Assembly (NCBI GenBank): GCA_049903315.1
Contig: JBNGBT010000007.1
Coordinates: 32,360 to 96,359 of the forward strand
DNA length: 64,000 bases
Origin: Candidatus Cloacimonadota bacterium
GTDB lineage: Bacteria; Cloacimonadota; Cloacimonadia; JGIOTU-2
Direction of reading: 5' to 3'
In this document: in pieces, positions 58,068-64,000 of the stretch
How positions within the stretch are numbered: position 1 is the first letter of the stretch
How the letters are laid out: the number at the start of each line of letters is the position of its first letter
Program-made: the position numbers and the translations under genes
Notes under the pieces: generated by a model
Seen by the model: the letters and a program-made list of their open reading frames with translations, nothing else
The model's database searches: none
What the model was told of the DNA's origin: nothing

Positions 58068-58871
58068 ATGAAAGTAATAAAAGTATTTATCGTAATTTTA
58101 ATCATCAGCTCTCTTTATTCATCCCTCAATGCGATCGACATTGATGACAAAGGGATTACATTTGGGCTGAACTATACAAAATTATATGGTAATGTGAAGG
58201 AAAGCTCTGATTTTACTCCGGGATTCACGATTGGTGGTTTCGTGAATAAAAGGATCAATAATTACCTTGTTATTCAGCCCGAGCTGCACCTGACCTCTAA
58301 AATTGTCTATAAAGACGGGAAAGAAAGATTGATGCTCGATAATGATTTGGATGGCTTGTTCAACGAAGATGAATATGACCTTATTGATAATGATGGAGAC
58401 GGATTGGTGGATGAGGACAGACAGGAACTCGAATTCGAAGCAAATGGGCATTATCAATTATTTTATCTGGAAATCCCGATTCTCCTTAAAGCAAATTTCA
58501 TTATTAATTCACCACAAAATTTTAATTTCATTTTCGGTCCTTCATTCGACTTTCTATTATGGGGAGATTACCAGTTCACTCAAGCGGGTGAGAGTTTTGA
58601 AAGTAATGACTTGTCTGGCATCAGTGATTTCAGTATAGAGATTGTCTGCGGAATAGAATATGATTTTGGAAAATACGGAATTAAACTTCTTATTAATCAG
58701 GAAATTATTGAGAATGAATATAAATCTGCCGGAGAGGTCATTATGCAGACATTCAAAGAAAATGGGGGAAGTGTCTGGCCAGGCATCGATAATTACACTG
58801 AATATTGTAAATTCCAGAAAGTCAGCGGATACGGGACAACGGTGACAGTAATGCTGAGTATAAACTTATAA
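58068..58871 (+). CDS. Outer-membrane beta-barrel (porin/PorT-like family) with inserted DxDxDG acidic repeats
   Basis: Signal peptide MKVIKVF after GAAGG; GITFGLN, GFTIGGF, IQPEL, YLEIPILLK, FGPSF; DNDLDGLFNED and DNDGDGLVDED. Confidence 0.7.
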   Translation: MKVIKVFIVILIISSLYSSLNAIDIDDKGITFGLNYTKLYGNVKESSDFTPGFTIGGFVNKRINNYLVIQPELHLTSKIVYKDGKERLMLDNDLDGLFNEDEYDLIDNDGDGLVDEDRQELEFEANGHYQLFYLEIPILLKANFIINSPQNFNFIFGPSFDFLLWGDYQFTQAGESFESNDLSGISDFSIEIVCGIEYDFGKYGIKLLINQEIIENEYKSAGEVIMQTFKENGGSVWPGIDNYTEYCKFQKVSGYGTTVTVMLSINL

Positions 58872-58930
58872 AATAAATTATATGAGAATGGACTTCATAC
58901 AACCAAGTTGAATGGATTTCAGTCGTAAAA

Positions 58931-59872
58931 CTATTCTTTTACAAACTCCTCGATCTGTGCACAAATCTTCTTCGCTGATAATCCGAAAGCATCGAGCAAT
59001 ACATCCGGCTTTCCGGACTCACCAAATCTATCATAAATCGCCAGCATTTTCATTTTTGTAGGATAATTCTCCGCAAGCACTTCTGCAATGGCAGAGCCCA
59101 ATCCGCCTGCCTGCAAATGCTCTTCGATGGTCATGAGTTTCCCAAATTTCTTTGCATATTTTATCATACATTCTTTATCAATTGGCTTTATCGTGTGCAT
59201 GTTTATGATAGTTGGAAAAATTCCTTTTTTATGGAGTAACTCAACTGCTTTCATTACTTCCACTCCAATTGTCCCCGCAAAGAAAACCGCACAATCATTA
59301 CCTTCAACAAGAATTTGTGCTTTCCCAATTTTAAAATCCGATTTCTCGTCAGTAAGTGCAGCAGTTGCTTCTCGCGCTAATCGGAGGAATGCGGGTCCTT
59401 GTAACTCTGAAATTTTCATGGTTGCTTTGTATGCCTGAAAATGATCACAGGGAACGACCACAGTCATGTGGGGGAGTATCCTCATCAATGCAATATCCTC
59501 GATTGCCTGGTGGCTGCCACCGTCAGGTCCAACTGAAATTCCTCCGTGTGAACCGACAACCTTTACATTGAGTTGAGAATAACAAACTGTATTTCGAAGC
59601 TGGTCAAAGGCACGTCCGCAGACAAAAACGCCATAGGTGGTTACAAAAGGAATCTTTCCTTCCAAGCTTAATCCTGCTGCAATACCTACCATGTTTTGCT
59701 CTGCAATTCCCACATCGATAAAGCGTTCCGGGAATTTCTCTGCAAACCAGTTCGTTCTCGTTGATGTTGAAAGATCAGCATCGAGTACAAGCACATTAGG
59801 ATTCGTTTTGCCAAGTTCTATCAACGCATTTCCATAGCCGTCACGTATCGGTCGAATATCTTTTATACTCAT
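58931..59872 (-). CDS. Transketolase, C-terminal (pyrimidine-binding) subunit
   Basis: LDADLSTST, FIDVGIAEQN, GPDGGSHQAIED, EEH...GGLGSA. Confidence 0.93.
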   Translation of the reverse strand: MSIKDIRPIRDGYGNALIELGKTNPNVLVLDADLSTSTRTNWFAEKFPERFIDVGIAEQNMVGIAAGLSLEGKIPFVTTYGVFVCGRAFDQLRNTVCYSQLNVKVVGSHGGISVGPDGGSHQAIEDIALMRILPHMTVVVPCDHFQAYKATMKISELQGPAFLRLAREATAALTDEKSDFKIGKAQILVEGNDCAVFFAGTIGVEVMKAVELLHKKGIFPTIINMHTIKPIDKECMIKYAKKFGKLMTIEEHLQAGGLGSAIAEVLAENYPTKMKMLAIYDRFGESGKPDVLLDAFGLSAKKICAQIEEFVKE

Positions 59873-60705
59873 GCATCCATCCTTTCTTTTATCTCTTTCA
59901 GTGCCAGTGCTAGCTCTTCTTTATTCGGTGCTTTGCCATGCCATCCGGCTTTGTTTTCCATAAATGAAACACCTTTGCCTTTGATCGTTTTTGCATGAAT
60001 CACGGTTGGTTTATCTTTTACAATATGGAATTCTTTGAAAGCATGTAATATCTCAGAAATATTATGACCATCAATAAGTAATGTGTGCCAACCAAAAGCA
60101 TCCCATTTTGCTCTCAGTGGCTCGAGCGCCATGACTTTTTCTGTATCGCCATCTATCTGCAATCTGTTTCTGTCCACAATCGCGCAGAGATTATCCAGCT
60201 TTTTATGAGCCGCAAACATTGCTGCTTCCCAGACTTGCCCTTCATTGAGTTCTCCGTCTCCAAGCAAAGTATACACTCGAAAATCTTTTTTATCCATTTT
60301 TCCTGCCAGGGCAATGCCACATGAGATCGAAAGTCCCTGACCAAGAGAACCGGTAGATACTTCTACTCCCGGAAGCATATATGAAGCAGGATGTCCCTGC
60401 AACCTGGATTTATATTTTCTGAGTGTTTTCAATTCGCATTTATTAAAATAACCGGCATTGGCAAGCAGTGCATAGAGCAGGGGAGCAGCATGACCTTTTG
60501 AGAGAATAAATCTGTCCCTGTTTTGCCATTTTGGATTTTGAGGATCATATTTCATTTCGTTGAAAAACAAAACTGATCCTAAATCTGCACCGGAAAGTGA
60601 ACCTCCGGGATGACCTGAGCCAGCTTCAGCAATCATACTCACAATATCGAGCCGAATCTCTTCTGCCTTTTTTCTAAGTTGATCAACTTCAATAATTCTT
60701 TCCAT
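59869..60705 (-). CDS. Transketolase, N-terminal (TPP-binding) subunit
   Basis: SGHPGGSLS, DRFILSKGH, LQGHP, STGSLGQG, GDGELNEG..WEA, WHGKAP. Confidence 0.93.
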   Translation of the reverse strand: MERIIEVDQLRKKAEEIRLDIVSMIAEAGSGHPGGSLSGADLGSVLFFNEMKYDPQNPKWQNRDRFILSKGHAAPLLYALLANAGYFNKCELKTLRKYKSRLQGHPASYMLPGVEVSTGSLGQGLSISCGIALAGKMDKKDFRVYTLLGDGELNEGQVWEAAMFAAHKKLDNLCAIVDRNRLQIDGDTEKVMALEPLRAKWDAFGWHTLLIDGHNISEILHAFKEFHIVKDKPTVIHAKTIKGKGVSFMENKAGWHGKAPNKEELALALKEIKERMDA

Positions 60706-60896
60706 GATTTCCTTAAAATATTTACTTTTTTATATCACATTTGAGCTAACTCAAAGTAATGAGATATGCATAAATTTTTCATGGCTTGAGCAATAAATCG
60801 TGTCAATAAAAAAAGTTATTAACTACCTTTATATATAAAATTTAATAGGTTTCTTGACAGAATTATAAATTATCTCATTTATTTTAATCACGTATT

Positions 60897-62162
60897 ATGA
60901 TACATCAAAAGCTCGAAGGTTTGCAAATTATTGGTTTCTATGAAAACAGTCAACTCCTCGAAAGTGGTGTCGAGGTCGGGGACTGGCTCATAGAATATAA
61001 TGGCGAGTTGATACAAAGCAAAGAACAACTCACTGAACTGAAATTGCGCTTTCAGGGAATCACGAACATCATAATACGAATCAAACGTAACGATAATGAT
61101 GAGTACTTCCAGATATGGCCCGGTGAACTGGGTGTGTATCTTGCTGAAGTTGAGAAAAGTCCGGTAATAAAAAAAGACGCAGTCCGTATTGACAGCATCA
61201 AGCGTATGGAAAAGAAAACAGGGCTTGAGAACACTTTCTTTACTTCAGTGAAGGAAATTTTTAATCATTATGAGATCGATATAGACTACCATGTGCTCCT
61301 CTGTCTTTCCGGTTACCCCTTCAGATTACAATTCCGGGAAGATTTTTCTCTGGAAACCTTTGATCCAACCGAAGGATATGACTGTGCTTCGTTCCTCTTC
61401 AAAAATCTTGGTCTTAAATGGGAAACTCATAAAAATGAGACAGAGAAAAAAATAAAAAAAATTATTTTTAAAAGCATCGATAGTGGCATCCCGGTTCTCG
61501 CACGAAATCTGTATGGAAAAGATGAATGGGGGATCATTACTGGTTATCAAAATAATGGTGAGGAACTTTTCTGCAGAAGTTTCAGCGATAAAACCCTGGA
61601 TTATTCCATTGCCCCGAACATTCCTTCAAAAGTAATAATATTTAAAGAAGCACCCTCTTTACCTGGTGACTCAGGAGATATTAAAGATCTCACGGACCAG
61701 ATCGTAGCAGCGCTGCATGTAGCTGAAGAACTTCTCAACACTGACGACGCAAATGGTTATTTTCTCGGGAACATGGCTCTTCAGAAATGGCAGGAAGCTT
61801 TGGACAATCATGATTTCTTTGATAAACTCTCAAATCATGAATATGATGTCATCTGCAAGATCAACTGCCAGCTTTTTGACCGATACAGCTACAATTGTCA
61901 GCTTGCTTCAGAATTGTTTGCAGATATAATCAGCATTTTTGAAGAATCCAAAGAACATCTGAAGCGACTGAGCAAATTCTATAAAGCAGAATCAAAAGTA
62001 CTGGGAGATTGTCAGAGATTCATACCAAAAACTTCAGAAGAAAATCTTAAGCATTACTGGAATAAAAAATCCCGTACTAATGAGATCGTTGCTCTTATAA
62101 AAATTCAAAAAAAGAACCGCGAGATCATGTCAATAATGGAGAAACTCCCACTCTTTAAATAA
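60897..62162 (+). CDS. Hypothetical protein: N-terminal PDZ-like domain plus BtrH/papain-like core
   Basis: S.L.ESGVEVGDWLIEYNG (PDZ); SIDSGIPVL......EWGIITGY; TTGACA at 60854-60859. Confidence 0.55.
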   Translation: MIHQKLEGLQIIGFYENSQLLESGVEVGDWLIEYNGELIQSKEQLTELKLRFQGITNIIIRIKRNDNDEYFQIWPGELGVYLAEVEKSPVIKKDAVRIDSIKRMEKKTGLENTFFTSVKEIFNHYEIDIDYHVLLCLSGYPFRLQFREDFSLETFDPTEGYDCASFLFKNLGLKWETHKNETEKKIKKIIFKSIDSGIPVLARNLYGKDEWGIITGYQNNGEELFCRSFSDKTLDYSIAPNIPSKVIIFKEAPSLPGDSGDIKDLTDQIVAALHVAEELLNTDDANGYFLGNMALQKWQEALDNHDFFDKLSNHEYDVICKINCQLFDRYSYNCQLASELFADIISIFEESKEHLKRLSKFYKAESKVLGDCQRFIPKTSEENLKHYWNKKSRTNEIVALIKIQKKNREIMSIMEKLPLFK

Positions 62163-62245
62163 TTGTAATATAGTTTGACAGCGCAAAGTCAATTTCAAGA
62201 TTTTAACCAATAAATAAACAAGAAATCATAATTAAAGGAGAACAC

Positions 62246-62569
62246 ATGTTCACATCTTTATTATATGCCCAGGAAGCGACTGAAGGAGCAGCACAGCAGA
62301 CTGCACAGGGTGGCGGCATAATGGGATTTTTACCCATTATTATCATGTTCGTCATTCTCTATTTCCTTCTTATAAGACCTCAGCAGAAAAAGCAAAAAGA
62401 CATGGTCAAGATGCGTGATGAACTTCAGAAAAATGAAAAAGTCATCACAAGCGGCGGCATAATCGGCACTATTTACAGCATCAAAGGTGATGTTGTGGTG
62501 CTTAAAGTCGACGAAAATGTCAAAATCGAAATCACTAAGAGTGCAATTGCCACAAAATTCACTAATTAG
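62246..62569 (+). CDS. yajC: Preprotein translocase subunit YajC
   Basis: YFLLIRPQQKKQK, VITSGGIIG. Confidence 0.93.
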   Translation: MFTSLLYAQEATEGAAQQTAQGGGIMGFLPIIIMFVILYFLLIRPQQKKQKDMVKMRDELQKNEKVITSGGIIGTIYSIKGDVVVLKVDENVKIEITKSAIATKFTN

Positions 62570-62571
62570 TT

Positions 62572-63102
62572 ATGATACAAAAAATTCGTTTATTCGGGGA
62601 TGAGGTTCTGCGAAAAACAGCAGAACCGATCTCCCCTGAAGATCAGAAAGCAGCGCAAGTCGTTCAGGATTTGATAGACACACTTGGTGCCAACGAAGAA
62701 TTTGCATTAGCTGCACCACAGGTTGGACACTCTTTCCGCATTTTTGTGATAAATCCTATCTGGATCGAAGATGTGGAAAAGCGCCGTCCAATGATATTTA
62801 TTAATCCTGAATTGTTGGAATTTGAAGGAGATCAATTCGTACCTGAAGGGTGTTTGAGTGTGCCCGAAATCTATGAGAAAGTCAAACGGGCACAAACTGT
62901 AAAACTCCGTGCTCAAGACCTTTCAGGTAAATGGAAAAAATATACAGGACAAGAGCTTTTTGCCAGAGCAGTGCAGCATGAAAACGATCATCTGGATGGT
63001 ATTCTATTTATAGATAAGATCTCTCCAATCAGAAGGAGATTGTTACATGGAAAACTTAAAACTATGGCATCAACAACCAAAAACGGAGTTAATGTTGGGT
63101 GA
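62572..63102 (+). CDS. def: Peptide deformylase
   Basis: LAAPQVG, EGCLSVP, QHENDHLDG. Confidence 0.94.
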   Translation: MIQKIRLFGDEVLRKTAEPISPEDQKAAQVVQDLIDTLGANEEFALAAPQVGHSFRIFVINPIWIEDVEKRRPMIFINPELLEFEGDQFVPEGCLSVPEIYEKVKRAQTVKLRAQDLSGKWKKYTGQELFARAVQHENDHLDGILFIDKISPIRRRLLHGKLKTMASTTKNGVNVG

Positions 63103-64000
63103 GACGGATTGAAAAAATAATCTTTATGGGAACTCCGGAATTTGCAGTTCCCACACTCAAAAAACTTATACAAGAACACAGAACACCACAATTAGTTATA
63201 ACTCAGCCGGACAGGAAAAGGGGAAGAGGACAAAAGCTGACATACTCTCCAGTTAAAGAAATTGCACTTGAACATAATTTGGAAGTATATCAACCTCAAT
63301 CTGTAAACATTCCGTCATCCATCGAAAAAATACAAGCATATAAACCGGATCTGATCATCACTGCTGCGTTCGGGAAGATCTTGAAAAACAAACTACTGAA
63401 TATCCCCAAATTCGGCTGCATCAATCTTCATCCATCTCTCTTACCAAAGTATAGGGGACCTTCTCCTATCACATGGGCACTTCTCCACGGAGATACGGTC
63501 ACAGGCACTTCAATCTTCTATATGATCAGTAAAATGGATGCAGGTGATATCATTGTTCAAAGCAGATTGACCATTCAACATGATGATAACTTCAGCACAC
63601 TCTCTAAAAAATTAAGTGAAAAGGGTGCAAATGACTTGTTAAAAGCGATTTCTCTCATTGAGCAGGGAAAGGACTCACCAGTTCCTCAAAACGACCGGTA
63701 TGCAACCTATTCGCATCTGATAACCCGTGAAAACCGCCAAATCAACTGGCATCAAACTGCTGATGAGATAAATAATCAGATACGGAGTCTCGCACCACAA
63801 CCGGGAGCATTCAGTTATCTCAAAGGAAAAGAGATAAAAATTTTGAAAGCAACGCCAACGTACAGAGAGCATTCATCTTTTGGGAAGATAGTAGAAATTG
63901 AGAAACTCGAAGGATTTCTTGTGTCCACAGGATACAGACTACTTCTTGTGAGAGAAATAAAACCTCAGGGAAAACCTGCAATGTCCGCATATGCATACAG
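63099..64000 (+). CDS. fmt: Methionyl-tRNA formyltransferase (runs off the window end)
   Basis: Not in the ORF track. GTG at 63099 overlaps the def stop; translates MRRIEKIIFMGTPEFAVPTL...TQPDRKRGRG...INLHPSLLPKYRGPSP...MDAGD. Confidence 0.93.
   Translation, partial: MRRIEKIIFMGTPEFAVPTLKKLIQEHRTPQLVITQPDRKRGRGQKLTYSPVKEIALEHNLEVYQPQSVNIPSSIEKIQAYKPDLIITAAFGKILKNKLLNIPKFGCINLHPSLLPKYRGPSPITWALLHGDTVTGTSIFYMISKMDAGDIIVQSRLTIQHDDNFSTLSKKLSEKGANDLLKAISLIEQGKDSPVPQNDRYATYSHLITRENRQINWHQTADEINNQIRSLAPQPGAFSYLKGKEIKILKATPTYREHSSFGKIVEIEKLEGFLVSTGYRLLLVREIKPQGKPAMSAYAY

Noticed and set aside
44697..58930. Integron cassette array, prophage or CRISPR array
   Set aside because: No integrase or phage genes, no consistent attC-type GTTRRRY boundaries, mixed gene orientation, and no regularly spaced identical repeats.
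58931..60705. Split transketolase as a frameshifted gene
   Set aside because: Two-subunit transketolases with an ATGA overlap are a common natural arrangement, and both halves have intact motifs.

Overview
Low-GC bacterial chromosome segment from a probable anaerobic diderm. The secreted proteins with FlgD-Ig/T9SS-like C-termini and the amino-acid fermentation genes suggest Cloacimonadota or a related FCB lineage, but this is inference only. Layout: (0.25-6.8 kb) split methylmalonyl-CoA mutase, tryptophanase, and an atypical LeuC/LeuD-like dehydratase interrupted by an M23 peptidase; (6.8-11.8 kb) an uncharacterised four-gene membrane cluster led by a DUF6754-type protein and closed by a strong terminator; (11.9-17.6 kb) apbE, folE2, Nif3/DUF34, a PAS protein with no output domain, an acid phosphatase and corA; (17.8-23.3 kb) two tandem secreted beta-helix proteins preceded by a G10-tract leader ORF and hairpin; (23.5-37 kb) purL-lgt-lipoprotein-purB-purS-purQ-comF, then a GlmL-like ATPase module without glutamate mutase, a pmbA-like gene and purA; (36.6-44.7 kb) an ABC ATPase, a 1200-aa TPR protein and a heterodimeric ABC exporter; (44.7-58.9 kb) an accessory patchwork with two toxin-antitoxin pairs, gene fragments, GH97, TetR plus a FabX-like enzyme, secreted proteins and several REP-like relics; (58.9-64 kb) split transketolase, a PDZ protein, yajC-def-fmt. 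No rRNA, tRNA, CRISPR array, transposase or integrase was recognised. The best candidate for an undescribed system is the DUF6754 membrane cluster together with the orphan GlmL/barrel-sandwich module. All calls come from motif reading; no database searches were run.
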